64,000 nucleotides of DNA from Zancudomyces culisetae HAW-14-8. Taxonomy: Eukaryota; Fungi; Kickxellomycota. Both the position numbers and the translations under genes were made by a program. The notes beneath the pieces were generated by a model. It worked only from the letters and a program-made list of their open reading frames with translations, was not told the origin of the DNA and made no database searches. Below, one piece after another: positions 1 to 13,704 of this stretch (position 1 is its first letter; every line of letters begins with the position of its first letter). The stretch is taken from positions 62,001 to 126,000 of the forward strand of contig JBNJNM010000011.1 in NCBI GenBank assembly GCA_052426225.1, read 5' to 3'.

Positions 1-283
1 ACACAGCTTTTTCTTTGCCTACAAGCTTTGAAACCTCTTAACCACACATTTGGATTTAAAATTGGATATATAATCCAGATCTTTATGCGAACACCACTAC
101 TCTTAACAAACAAAGTAAAAATCTACATGTATCATGTTTTTCTTTACTTGGTTACCTTGGTATGTTTGGTCGTATTAATTTCTTTATAGAATTGTTAAAC
201 GATTTTTTATTTGATCTTTGTCTGCTTGCGGATAAGGTTTGGATCGACAATTCTAGAATTTTCTTTCGTTTATACATGGACAT
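1..283 (-). CDS. Partial gene running off the left edge; basic N-terminus, unknown product
   Basis: ATG at 283; exon 283-156 encodes MSMYKRKKILELSIQTLSASRQRSNKKSFNNSIKKLIRPNIPR; GTAACC donor, TTGTAG acceptor at 19; frame stays open (QRKSC..) to the window edge. No family recognised. Confidence 0.45.
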
Positions 284-1283
284 TTCTTTGACTTGAATAA
301 AGTAAATCAAAACTAACGGAATCTTTCACACAATAAGTTTAGGCAAATTAACCATGTAGGAAAAGATTTTATTTGGCCAAGTATCCAGGCAGAGTTTGTG
401 TCACGAAAATCGTCAACAACCTTAATCCTTCAAAAATCCACAAATGTCAATTTCCCTCTCTCATTACACTGTTATTCCGCTATTGCGAATCGCTACAAAC
501 ACAAATACATATAATCAATACGCAATATTTAAAGTTTACCAAAAGTTTGTTAATTTTAGCCAAAAATAATAATAATAAACTGGCTAGTTAGTGTTTCGTT
601 TACAAGTTCTGATTTCAAAAGTACCACCAAGTCAACGCTTCTTTGTATTAGTACTACTCCTCTCCCATGCGTGTAAAAAGACACGAGTTAATTGAAATTT
701 TTATCCGTATCACTACCATTAAGATATTACTACATCTTTATGAACTAAGTATAGCTTTATATTTAAAAAAATTTTTTGGTAGATTGATAGACCCATTTTT
801 TATATGACATCTTGGCTTTTTAAATATATATACGTATTACCCAGGAACATGGTTAAAATTAAAATATTAGTGAATATGCCTTTTTTGATAAGCATCAAGC
901 TCAAGGATTCATACACTTGGTTGGGATAGGGGTGAATCCACCACCCTTTTTTTACAACTTCTCTTTTTTTTTAATACGATATTTTAAATAACTTTTAACC
1001 TGTATGAGCCCACTACATATCTTTACTTCAACATTATTTATTAACTATATCATCCCCCATTAAAAGTACTATTAAGTATATTCGGTACTATGCATTTAGA
1101 AAATACATACAAGTGTCTATATTGGTGTATCATACTTTATACATACCAACGGGTTTTTTCTCTTGATAGTATAAAAATATGTGTATTCTATAGAGTGATA
1201 TACCTTCATCATTGCATTAATAGTCGAATGGAATGCATGTAAAGTTGACATCTATATTTTTGCACGCCATTGTGGTTGTTAAG

Positions 1284-1700
1284 CTATACTTTCTTACGCT
1301 CAAGTTCTTTACCAACTTCTTCATCTAGTTCCTTTTTATCAAGATATCCTACAAATCTCTTGAAATTACTTTCACTGCCGTTGTGGTAAACTACAATGGT
1401 TGGATAGCCCACAGTCACAAACCGCGAACATATTGCCGCCTCTTCATCGCAATTTACTGTTGCAAACATAATCCTTTTTGCAGTTGAACTCAGTCTATTG
1501 GCAAGATCGTTAAACGACTTTTCCATCATTTGACACCCTCCACACCAGGGGGTTCTGTACTCGACAACAGCACCGCCTGTTGCCCATTTTATTCTTTCAC
1601 TAAAATTGGCCTTCGTGAGTTGTTCAACATTGCTTGGCTTCCCGCCTAATGTCGTGTATACAGATGTAGTTACTATAATTATCTTTGCAAAAAGTCTCAT
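1284..1700 (-). CDS. Single-domain thioredoxin/PDI-like protein with N-terminal signal-like segment
   Basis: 138 aa; hydrophobic N-terminus; VVEYRTPWCGGC active site; FATVNCD...IC.RF...GYPTI thioredoxin-fold motifs including the cis-Pro loop. Confidence 0.85.
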   Translation of the reverse strand: MRLFAKIIIVTTSVYTTLGGKPSNVEQLTKANFSERIKWATGGAVVEYRTPWCGGCQMMEKSFNDLANRLSSTAKRIMFATVNCDEEAAICSRFVTVGYPTIVVYHNGSESNFKRFVGYLDKKELDEEVGKELERKKV

Positions 1701-3092
1701 TGTTGTGGATGTTGTAGTTGTGCTGATTTAAACAGTGGACTTATTCACTAACATTTATACAAATTAATTTGTCTTGGAAATGTGCTTTAATAAACACCTA
1801 TTCCAGAACTGGATACATATTCGAGATGTATGTTAAGTTTAATATTTTAATATAAAATTGTGATTTACTCATCCTCACTTCACTCCCCACCCTTCCTCTC
1901 ACCCCTATTCTCGTTTAGAGCATTGGTGCAGAGCTCCAATATTGTCAAATGAGAAATAGTTTTTTTTAGGGGGCTAGTGCTTTTTCAATTTTGAATAACA
2001 TTGCTTTATTCATCCTACTAGTCTGTTTGGCTATTCATGTAAATTGAAAAACTTCAAAAATGTTTTAGATCATATACTAGAACCGTTTAGCGTTTAAATA
2101 AGGCTATGCTAGTCTTGGCTACCATTGATTTTAATTAAAACGAAAACGCAACTTGTTGAGGATGTGCTGTTTACCAATGCTATAACAGGGGGGGTGTGAA
2201 ATAAAATATCGGTTTGGTGAAACGTGTTTTAGGACATACGTTAAATCAGTATTAACGCACGAATATGGGAGTATAGTTTTAGTATATGAATAAAACGTAT
2301 GTTGGTATTCAGCCCTTTATATACCATTTTTGGCTTGTAATGTTGGCTAGTAGTTGATTTAAGGTGATTCGTTATTTAAAAATGGCTGTTAAAAGCCCAA
2401 AATAGAACTTCATTTGTGTCACTCAGTATCATATTGTACCAACATCTGCAAATTTTGGATATGTCAAATTCTTTTTTTTTGTTGAACCAATACGTTTATG
2501 TAGTTAGTTCATGTTTGCCTTGGTATTTGTAAATTCGAAACATTGAGGCTTTCCAAAACTAGTCAACTACGATGTTAAATTTCACGAATCCTAGTGATAC
2601 TTTTGCCATTTAAACTGATGAATAAAAAAAAAACAGTGTGGTAAATAAATGAATTGGGAGAGAATAAACCAGGATAAATAATTTGTCCAATCAAATCATA
2701 ATATTTTTGGTAACATATTCAAACTTCTCTGTTACAAAGGAAAAAAAATTCGTAATAAAAAGCAATTAGGAGCCTCAAAACCGTAGAGGTAAATATAGTT
2801 CATCAGCAAATTGCAGGAGGGTTTTTGTTATTTTTGTCTAAACCTGAGGGATAGCAAGTACAAACATCATTACAAATTCAATAATGATTTCATATAAATT
2901 GGGATTCGATAATTGCCTAAAATATTCAAACTCACAATTTAAGGCTGAAAAATATTCACTTGACTACTCTTAAAAAATATATATTTGATTGTTATAAATG
3001 AAATCTGAAGCACAATCAAACATATAATAAAAAGCGTAAAGAAAAAAGATTCAAAGATAAAACCATAGGACTGTCAATGTAAAATAAACAAC

Positions 3093-5494
3093 ATGGATAA
3101 GGCAATTTACAAGGGCACCCGCAAGGATGTCTCCCATCCAAAGCAGAAGCATGTTGATTGTAAGCATTTCTTTTTTTTTCTATTAAAATCCCATAAAAGT
3201 GAAAGGAAGGAAATATAGGTAAAGGTACAACGATAAATACTGAGGAAAAAAATATAAGAGAAAGAGTAATCGGTTGGCAGGACAAACAAACGAATAAGCG
3301 GATAAATAAATAAATAAATAAAATATGAATAGCATTGATCGACATGAGTTGGCATGGTATGTCTACGGGATCTTTCTTTATGTTGCTGATGGATAGAATA
3401 GCTAGTAATAATTGGGTGGTAAGCATAATTTTCCGATAATTCTACTAAATGTAAAACCTTAGTGCTATTTCCATTCACAACAAGAGGAGAAAGTAATTAA
3501 AGGGTAAAAGTAAAAGTAAATAAAAAGTGAAAAATACAAATTTAAACTAGGTGGCAATGAAGGGGCTGATAATATTACATATACTAATGTACGAAGGAAA
3601 TGGACCACCGCTATACAACTATATATCAGAACATAGTGCAATCCTGGATTTGTCAAGGTTTCGTGATACCAATGGAACAATAGGATTTGAGCAGGGAAGG
3701 AATGTAAAATTATATGCATTATACTTGCGAGACAAATCCTTTGCATACAAAGCGATAAATTTTGACTTTGTATTGCCAAAAAAACCGGCGAAATCGCAGA
3801 TATATAGCAAAGTTATAAGCGATCCGAAGCAGCTACTGTTAGAGCTGTCGATTGTGCAAAAACACATCAATTCACTACTGAAGAACCAGTTTGATAGGGA
3901 CACACTGAACAATGACTGTACAATCGCAATGTACAGATACACGTTGAGAGATTGTCTAAGGCTGGTACAAACAATGAACGAGGGATGTGTCAAGCTTCTG
4001 CAGGTATTTTTTGAATTGGAGAACGAAGAAGATATGCAACGAGCACTAAACCTGTACAAGCGGTATATCAAACTAACAGAGAGGATTGAGGATTATCTAA
4101 GAGTGGCCAAAAACTTTGAATCAGTGCTAAACTTTACGATTCCCAAATTTATACAAGCACCAATAACTCTTGCACAGACACTTGAGGATCATATACAACA
4201 AACAGAGGCCGAGCGCAAACAAGTCAGTAAAGATATGCATCAACTCCGAAAGAGTATTTATGTTCCCAGTTCACAACTCCCGAACAAAAGCTGGAACCAA
4301 AACCAAAGTCAAAAACAAAAACAAAACATAAAGCCTAGTACAGACGATATCAGTGATGCTACTCGAATGAGACTTAATAAACCTGTGCTAAAACTCAAAT
4401 CAGAGTTTTTACCCAAGTCTGAGGAATCCTTGTCATCTACTCCCAACCCACCTCCACAACCAACAACTGTAGCAAAATCACAGGTTGAGCCCGCCAGCCA
4501 GCCTGTGCTTGGCGATTCTTATGCAGACAAACTCAAAGCGGAAATTATGCAAATCCAAAACCAAATTCAACAACTACAGCTTCAACATCAACAGCAAACT
4601 ATCGACTCTAACAACGAGTTTGAGCTTGCTATGCAAGCTCTTCAAAAACCTGCTGCACATTTTGGCCCTTCTGCCGATACATTTGCCTCCCCAAGTCCTC
4701 CGCCTACTTTTTCTGTAAACAATGCTGTCACATCTTCAATGTTTAACCCTCAACCTTCTGTCAATACAAACAACATTACTCCTGCTGCCGTCTCTGATTT
4801 TTTTTCTCCATCTCCTCCTCTCCCCACTACTTTTTCCTCCATTCCCACATCTATTCCTACCTCCAAACCTTCCATAACTACCAATACAACCAACGATCTC
4901 TCCTTTTTTGACCCCTTTGCTATAAAGTCCGTCCCTTCCTCGAAACCCTCTCTCTCTGCAACTGCCCCTCTCATATCAAATAATCCCACTTTTGCTACCG
5001 ATCTATTTCCTCCTCCTCCTCCTCCTCCTCCTCCTTCTTCTTCTTCTTCTTCTACAAATCCTTTCCATCTACATCCAACTCCAATCGCTAAATCCTCCAC
5101 CACATCCAATTTTGGTTTTGCGTCCTACACAGCTGCTTCTACTCCTGCTCCTCTCCCCTTACAACACTCTCTAACCAGCTCTTCTACCATCAGCTCTTCC
5201 AATCCCTTTGCCTCATCTCTTTATTCTCAACCTCAAGCCCCATCCCAACCTCAGTCCCAAACCCAAAATACATTTACTTTCTCTTCAGCAACTACCACTA
5301 CACACCCCTCTTTCTCCTCAATTAATTCTGCTCATCACTCTACAAACCCCTTCCTCTTTCCTTCCTCTTCTAACAACAATATCAACTCCTCTGCAAACCC
5401 TGTCCCTAACCCCGTTGGCATATCTAATTTTAAAAACGCCAATTCCGCCAATACTTCCAACTTTGCTGATTTCACCGTATTCAATCGCAAATGA
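3093..5494 (+). CDS. ANTH-domain clathrin adaptor (AP180/PICALM/Yap180-like), 3 exons
   Basis: Exons 3093-3159, 3333-3418, 3551-5494 with GTAAGC..AG introns. MDKAIYKGTRKDVSHPKQKHV, NNWVVAMKGLIILHILM and LDLSRFRD are ANTH motifs; the S/P/T-rich tail has several NPF/DPF motifs. Confidence 0.9.
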
Positions 5495-5858
5495 TTTATT
5501 ATACCTCCTCTCTACTAGATTTTGACCTTTTTCCCTCATTTTTGCTTTTAATTTTGCTTTCGCTTTTGCTTTTACTTATAATTTTAATTTTATCCTTACT
5601 TTTTATTCTTTGATCCTGGTTCTATTTGATTTGTTTATACTTAATCTGATTCAGATTTGCCAGCTTTTTTATCCCTCTTTAACCATTTGATCATTTTGAT
5701 TGAAAAAATAGTCTTCACGAATAAGGCTTTAAACAAAAAAAATACTAATTGTAAACAAAATAAACATCATTCTAAGAACTACTTGTCTAGCATTGAAAAT
5801 TCCAGATATCCACTTCCTCTCTTTCAGTCCTAGACGGTAATATAGCTGCAAGATAACC

Positions 5859-6861
5859 ATGAATACTAAAATAAAACGTGGCGCTTTTATTTTATTTGAA
5901 GGTTGTGATAGGTGTGGGAAATCCACTCAGGCCAAGCTCCTGTCTGAAGCATTTACAAAGCGAAACATTAAACACCTGCTACTGGCGTTTCCAGGTAACT
6001 CTTATTCTAACCCTCAATCCATTATGTTTGATTACCACCTTTTTTGACATTTTTCTACAAATTTTTCATGCCCAACAGATAGAACCACCGAAATTGGCAA
6101 ATCCATAAACGACTACTTGAAATCGAACTCCAAGCTAAACGACCAAACTATCCATTTACTATTCAGTGCAAACCGCTGGGAAAAACTGTACCTACACTTT
6201 TTTGCTTTTTATTTTTTTTTTATAATCGTAATTTGACGACAATTAACCTTTTAGATGCGTATTGTATAGCGAATTCATGAAAAACTGTTTATCTGAAGGA
6301 ATCACATTGATTGTCGATCGATATGTTTATTCTGGAATAGCATTCTCTGTAGCAAAGGTAATACAAATCCGCGTTTTCTCTTTTTTACAGCATTAATCCA
6401 ACCATCACATCAAAGTAATATTCATTTGTTTTATTTCACATTTACATTTGGCTTTTTTTTTGTAGGGCTTGGATTATTCATGGTGTAAATCACCGGATGT
6501 AGGCCTTTTGATGCCTGATTTGACTTTTTTTCTCAACATTGACCCAGCCGCCTCCTCTTTAAGAGCCGGCTTTGGGGCAGAACGATACGAGAATGTCGAG
6601 TTTCAATCTCGTGTCTATAACACATTTTTAACCCACTTTTTTCCTCCACCAAAACAAACCATTACTAGCACCAATACCAATGACTCCAAACACTGCGATA
6701 AAAATAATAACATTAATAATAATTATGATAATCGGGTGGTCCTAGACGCTGAACTACCTGTTGATCATTTACATGTCTCCGTTTTGGACTCTTGTTTGTC
6801 TCTGCTAAATAACCCAGCTTCCTCACTATACTCTTCTACAGAATATTCATATTTCAAATAA
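5859..6861 (+). CDS. CDC8: Thymidylate kinase, 4 exons
   Basis: Exons 5859-5994, 6079-6187, 6270-6357, 6466-6861. P-loop [62 protein letters not shown]. Confidence 0.95.
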
Positions 6862-8246
6862 CATTGTCAATACAGAGCTCTGCTTGTTAATCATTAGAAT
6901 ACGTTTACCCGATAAATACCGATATTCTTTTAATAAAAATTGCCGCCAACTGGCATATAGTTTGCGTCAATATACCATTTGTCATTTACTACTTGTGTTG
7001 TATAACTACATCTATTGTTGAATACCTTGATAAGCGGATTTCACCATGACCGAGTTCCATAATTTCGTTAATGTATATTCTTGTAAACAGTCACAGGCGA
7101 ATTGGCTAGGGCTATTAGCACACTAGCCGTATTTTTTTAACTTTGTACATTTGTTTGCTTTACTTTGGCAAATGTTTATTGATAGCATATAGCGATCAAT
7201 GTGGCAATGCGACGTTTATTTATCTGCACAAGTTGTAAAAATATGTTTATTTGGTACCTAGTTTTTTATGAAATCAACATTCACGCCTCGTAATGATGTG
7301 GTTATACACAAAGTTTGATATACTAAATAAATATGGGCACTTTAATCTTGTAATTTCGGCAAATCGAAACAAAAACAAAAATTAAAACAGCCTTATAAAA
7401 ACCAACTTGCTTTTATATTCAGCACATTGAAAATACCTGTATAACGGATATTTTAATATATCTTATTTACTTCTCCCCGGATAACTGTTGATGGTTAACT
7501 AAAGATCGACGCGAAACAGAACCTTCGTTATTTACCACTGTAACACGGAATCTATTATATCTTAAAAAAAAGTGGCACAGAATTTCTAGTCTTTTCCTTT
7601 ACTACCCCTCTCCCTGCTATTAAACGCATGCGGTTATAAATAGCCGATCCTATTTGTTATTTATTTATATTTAGAATGTAAAGATACTAGTGATGTTGGC
7701 TTTTTGGCATGTACTTGTTGTTTTTTGTTTTTTGTTTTTTATCCATCTAGATGATGGGTTTAAGTACATCTAGTCTTTCGTTAGCGTTTGCATGAAATGA
7801 AAGAGAGGTGAGGCGGTAAATACTATACACCGAGCAGATTTCATACTTGAATTTTCTTGCTATTTTGTTCTTTAAGATATAGTAGGTTCAGAAAAATACG
7901 CCTTTTAAGGTTTCTCAGACTTTACAAAACTGATCGCAATAAAACTAATATTTGTGCAACAACAACAATGTTACCGTAAAAACCATTAATGTTCTTAGTT
8001 TGAATCAAATTTAAAAGATTTATTACATTTTAAGCTACTAACACACCTTCAGCTAAAAAAAAAGTATATAAACAACACATGTCGAATAATTCGGTTTTAT
8101 TCTGTACTCACTTTTAACTTGCAAGCAGTGTTGTTATTTATAAAATAATATTAATATACTTGAGGTCATTACTACATTAACACCTCATAATCAGAGAAAA
8201 GGGCCAACTTAAATATTAATGAAAAAAAGAACAACAGTTCCTCAGG

Positions 8247-10363
8247 ATGTACGAAATTAACAGAATTACAGTATCACTAATAGTGCTACTTTCATTTTCT
8301 ATTCTATCGTCACTAATAATGTTTTTGCTAGCTGTGCTGATAAGGATAAGATTTCCCAAACTCTCCAGAATAACACAAATTAACCACTCACCATATATTG
8401 CCCTGTGCGATATAATACTGGCATCAGTAGTACTTTTCTTGTTTACAGCGCATATCGAAACGTACAGCGCTACTAAATTAAAGGTCGTGATATATTTCTT
8501 CAACATTGCTCCGCTTTTTAGTGTGTTTTTGCTTGCTACAATATCCCTGAACTTGCAGTTGGCTTTTGTATATAATGTGAAGAAGTTTCAAACGCTCCAG
8601 AGATTCTACGTCATGGTATCGTTTGTTCTAGCAGCAGTATTACTTCTATCTACGTTTTTAGGAGCATTACATGTGGGAAAGGGAATGAGTAGACTAGAGA
8701 TTAGATTTTCGGGACAAGGCGGAGATTTTATATATGGTGTGTTCAACAAAATGGTTCCTTATCTTATGGCATTGTTTTACTGCTTTGTGGTCCTTTTGCA
8801 GCTATCGGTAAAGCTACTATTTAGCAAAAATATATATACGAGTTTGAAGGAACACTACTCAAGAGCCCGTGAAAAGAAAAGAAAGCAAAAAAAACGAATA
8901 AGCTGCAGCGAAGGTGAACTCGACATGCTTGAAGGGTCCTCCAACAGAGATCTGCTAGTGAAATCCGCAATGGCACCGAGAGAAAGATTTTTTAAAACAT
9001 TAAGCACAATGGATAGGGACAGACTTGGATACAGCTCTGAGCTTGAAGAGAAGGATTATGAAGAAACCATTGGTGGTAGTAGCACGGAGTATTCAGGTAA
9101 AAATGCTTCTAGAACAAACAAAGATAGAAACAAAAGCGTTTTTGCGTTTTTTGCGACTAGCGGATCATCAAAAAAGGCACCCGAGCACACGGATCCGGAA
9201 CAACCAAGAAGTGTATTTGCGGATGAAACCTCCAACGAAACGCTGAAAAGCAAACTCTTAAGATTTTTCAAGGACCCCCTTAGAAAATTCAGGCAGCATT
9301 CCGGATCAAATGAAACCAAAGCAAAAAAACTAATTATTAGGCTGGCTCTTTTCCCGTTAGTTCCACTAATAACACAGCTTCCACATAGAATCGATTCTTT
9401 TTCCCAAGGAATTAGGTATAGCTTTGCCGAGAACCCGGGTGAACCTAAAACCCAGGTAAAACCAATTGATGTAATTGTTCACGTGCTCTTGGGACTTCAA
9501 GGACCGTTAAATTTGGTTATATTCTTGATGAACCCAACGGTTATAGCCTCACTTATACTGCTAGTTAGGAGTTTTAGAAATATAGATCTTGGTAGTAAAC
9601 GAAAGGCTGTAGTGGAATCTATGCGAAGTGATTACAAGCTTGGTGTGTATAAATCCACATCTGCAGAAACGGAAGAAAAAAGACATAAAAAAACTCATAA
9701 AGCATATCAGATGCAGGATCCTGGCGCAAAAAATATTAAAAAACCAGGAGAGCTTGAGAAATTGGGCGTTGTCAGTGATAGTAGTCTGGAAAAAAATATT
9801 CATAATTCGATAAAAAGGGAGAAAAGCGAGTCACCAGAGATGGTAGTCATGTGGACTATAGGTAACGAAAGTGAAGGTGAAAAAGAAGAACAGGAGGATG
9901 AAGGAAAGGGCTCAGAAAGGAGTGAGAGTGAGAGGCGTAGGCATGAGAGTGATAATAACAGGGATACTGACAAGTCAGATAGCCAGGATAAACTTGGAGC
10001 TAATATATCGATTCCACAAACAGGAGAAGAGAGAGAAGGAACGGGATTAGGGATACAGGGTGCCTCGGAGGTTGATATTCGGCCTCCTAGCATAGAAAAA
10101 TCGAATAGCGATATAGTTACTTTGGAGCTACAGAGACTGGAGGCGGAGGGTATGTTTTATTTTCATTTGTCAATATTCGTTTTGAGTTGTGTGTTTATCA
10201 GACTCCTAAAGATAATTCACAAACATTCTATGATGTATACCGATACACTTTTTAAAGCCATATCACTTGTATAATAGGAAGTGGCGAACAGGAGGAACAG
10301 GCAGGATTGACAGAAGTAAGTGAAATACCGCCCCCGCTATGGGCGACCCAATGGGACAGTTAA
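8247..10363 (+). CDS. 7TM GPCR-like protein (Git3/Gpr1 or cAMP-receptor-like) with a very long third intracellular loop
   Basis: Five N-terminal hydrophobic helices, ~170-aa charged loop, then KKLIIRLALFPLVPLITQLP and LLGLQGPLNLVIFLMNP helices. Probable intron 10150-10277 (GTATGT..AATAG) gives the C-terminus ...PPPLWATQWDS*. Confidence 0.7.
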
Positions 10364-10905
10364 TAACATACGCACAATCCGGACAATATACAGAACGAGT
10401 GCTATGTAAGCCTAGTGTCTTTTCATAGAATATCACATAATAACCATCCATACTGGTATTGTCATTAAAATACAGATGCTACAATTCCGATGGACAAGTA
10501 AATAAACATCTATGTATATAATAGTAACCGATACACGGTACTGGGAAGAACGTACACGTTGTATGTTGATACTACTGAGCTGTGTTACAACTACTTTATT
10601 TTTTTACCATTTGATTACATTTGCGATAAAGAGAGCCAAGCGATAGAAAATGAGATGGCATGCAAGGAATAACTAATAATACCTGTTTTATGCAAAAGAG
10701 GCCACAGATAACATTGGGGAATATTATCGTTTACGACTCGGAACTGTAGTTTTTATTTTAAAATAAAAAGTAGCCAGAAGTACGTGGAGCAATAAGTGTT
10801 ATTTCGGCTAATTTCAACTTGGGTATCATATTTCCTTTAATAAATTGATTAAAGGAGTTTCTTTTTGCTGCTCCTTTTCCTTTTATTGTTAAAAAAAGAA
10901 AGCTT

Positions 10906-11482
10906 CTAACTGGCTTGCTTCGCTTTAGTCTTTTCCCATTGTTCTGGTGTTAGTGTTTTCTATTTATGAATTTAAAGCACCTATTAGTATTGTTTTTAGT
11001 TGTGCTGTGGTGTATGCCGTAAAGGCAAATATAAATGCGTATCAGTTATGTAGATGATTACCATTGTAAAAGCGTGGATACTGGTTAGCTCTTCAGCAAT
11101 TATTTCGTTTACCATCCTATAGCATTGTTTTAAATGTTTGTACAGATCGGACTTGCCATAAATATATCAACCTCACTAAAAGTAGTTGATAGGATACGAG
11201 AAAACAAATAAGATCGGTCAATTTACCTATGTCTTTTTAATAGAGGAATGCCTATAAAGGATTCGGAAACTATTATTGATTCATACATTTGTCCACAACC
11301 TCCTAAAATTACAGAGAACAAGCTTAATTGTGTCAGTCCAATGGGTGTGAAATATATATAAAGAATAGTAATCTATAAATGTTGCGCAAAAAAAGAGTCT
11401 TACCTGAAACGTCGGTGATTTCAATGTACAAAGCAGGAATTATATTGGTAATCTTTTTCTTTAGGTGTTCGACGGCTGACAT
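10906..11482 (-). CDS. BOL2: BolA2/Fra2-type BolA protein, 87 aa, 4 exons (absent from ORF track)
   Basis: Exons 11482-11404, 11302-11227, 11116-11062, 10959-10906 splice in frame to MSAVEHLKKKITNIIPALYIEITDVSGGCGQMYESIIVSESFIGIPLLKRHRMVNEIIAEELTSIHAFTMKTLTPEQW..; DxSGGCG, RHRxVN and IHA motifs. Confidence 0.93.
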
Positions 11483-11644
11483 TCTCAGGTGTTTTTATGC
11501 TCAAGTATGTGTAAAAGACGAGTGCTGTAGTAAGGATTCAAAACGCGTATTGTCTGCTGTTCATTCCAGTTAACTTTTTTTGTGAAAGTAGTTCTATTTG
11601 GTTGCAGATTAACTTTTCGATTTTGACCACATGAAAAAAAAGCT

Positions 11645-11683
11645 GTAATTGGTAATTGGTAATTGGTAATTGGTAATTGGTAA
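11645..11683. repeat. (GGTAAT)n hexamer microsatellite, about 6 copies
   Basis: gtaattggtaattggtaattggtaattggtaattggtaa between the Nox stop and the BolA2 start. Confidence 0.9.
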
Positions 11684-11889
11684 CAGAAATTATTAATATG
11701 TTTAATTTCCTGAACTAAAAAGTAAAAAATATATATTAGAGCTTTGCTAATTCAAGAATTTAATACTTGCGAAAAATAAAGCTTAATAAAAAAATCTGTC
11801 TAGTAACTTTTTACATCTAACAATTCAAAGTGCTGGTCTAGCTAAGACATAACATAAAATAATGGAAAAAATAAAGATTATATATAAAA

Positions 11890-13704
11890 TTAAAAGTTTT
11901 CCTTCTTGTATGTAAACTTTGCAGTGCATTTTCCACTCTGGACAACATCTTCAATGGCAGAGCGGATTGATCTGTCAAGAGATTTAGGGCCACAAAAGAA
12001 AACACCAATATTTGTTTTTGGATGCGTTTCTGCAGCCTTTGTAAATATTTTTTTGAGATTAGGGCGACCAAAATATGTTGGACTACGAAGGTTGGTAATG
12101 GCATCTTGGAAACCCTCAACGTCGTTGATCATGACATTTCCAGCCTGCTTTTGAGATAGTTTGGCCGTAAGATATACTTGAATATCGATATATCTATGAT
12201 GGATAACACCCGAGGTTAAAGTGCGCTCTGTCTTTGAATCGTCTTGACCCATTGAAGTTCGCATATAGTAAAGATCCTCCTCATCTTCTATGGCCTTCAA
12301 TAGATCTCTAAACCACTCAAAAGACTGAGTTTCTCTTTGAGTCCAGATGAAATAAACCTTTTTCAGTTTATTTTTCCGATTAGGAAAATTGTATCTGTAC
12401 CAGATTGATTTCAGTATGGATGCAAACGGGGTAACACCAATACCGGCACCAAACAGCATTGATACCTCGTGTTTAAATACATCCTCAGATGCACTCCCAA
12501 ATGGTCCGTCTATTTGCAATCTGGGAAGGTAAAAAGTTTGGAGACCGAGCGTTTTACCCACTGACATGCGCCTGTTTTTAGTAAAACTTTCGATTTTACT
12601 ATGTACTTGTTGATTTGAAATCTCTGGTTCCAGCTTTTGGTCAATATCACTAATACCCAAAACCTCAGCCAATCTTTTGGTCCAATCACCCACAATTCTT
12701 ACATGAATGGAAAAGTAGTCTTCTTCTGGTGACGAAGTTAGAGTGATTGGATGCCATTCGTGCAAAGCTACGGCTGGACAATTGACAAATACATATTGAC
12801 CGGCCTTGTATCTGATGGATGGATCTTTTGAGAATTGTATTTCCACCACTCTAGATGGATGTTGTATGACCTTTAATACTCTACCAGTGTTGCTGCTTGC
12901 GCCTCTTATTTCTCTTACAACTCGTTCTATCAAGTATAACACGCCTGAAAACACATAGTATCTCCAAAAAACACTACCTCTAGAACAATAAGGTGGTTTT
13001 GTTGGCTTTAACAAACAGAAGGCCCCGTGAATGGAAAACATTGCAAAATACACAAAGAAGAGATGGTGGAGATACCAGAAAGTATTGAAGTTTTTCCGTC
13101 TAAATTTTGAAATTCCAGGTATGCAAATCAAACATAAACATACAATCATGATCCATCCTGTCCATGATGGGCCTGGATATACCAAAAGCTCAAAATATTT
13201 AGGTCCATTTGGTGTGTTTTTTGCAACTATGTAGAAGTTTCTTAAATGTCCAAGTATGTGTGACCAACTGAAAAAGAATATAGTCCATCCAATAAGTTTG
13301 TGAAATTTGATGTTTAAATCAAATTCTAGGATATTGTTCAAGAATGTTGAACGCAAAAGAGTAATTGCATTTCTACAAACAGGTAGCAACAACACTGCCG
13401 TGTTTGCGTGAATCATAAATGCCGAGGTTCTCGATATTATGAATGTCACACCTAGCAGTTTTCGTTGTGATATCCACTGATCATCAAACAGGTACTCTCT
13501 AGCACCCACATATAAACATACTAGTTCTAGTAGAAGCCATACCAGTACATTTAAATATAACTTGCCTATTTAATGAATTTTTTTAAAAGGTGAGTTGGTA
13601 TTCTTGTATAAGTTTGCTATTTAGCGTTTTATCCTATACTTACCGTAATTATAAAGCCACACTTGTATTCTTGTAATAAATGATAGCCCATTTTCTTCGG
13701 CCAT
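11890..13704 (-). CDS. noxA: NADPH oxidase catalytic subunit (gp91phox-like NoxA/Nox1), 2 exons
   Basis: Exon 1 13704-13644 (MAEENGLSFITRIQVWLYNY), intron 13643-13566. Heme-ligand His motifs (FHKL..SHILGH; FWYLHH..IHG), FAD motif EWHPITLTS, IDGPFG, GAGIGVTPF, VFFCGP and terminal KENF. No EF hands. Confidence 0.93.

Noticed and set aside
1140-1283. Possible SECIS after the thioredoxin gene (ATGA...)
   Set aside because: The gene has Cys at both active-site positions and no in-frame TGA, and the stem does not fit SECIS geometry.
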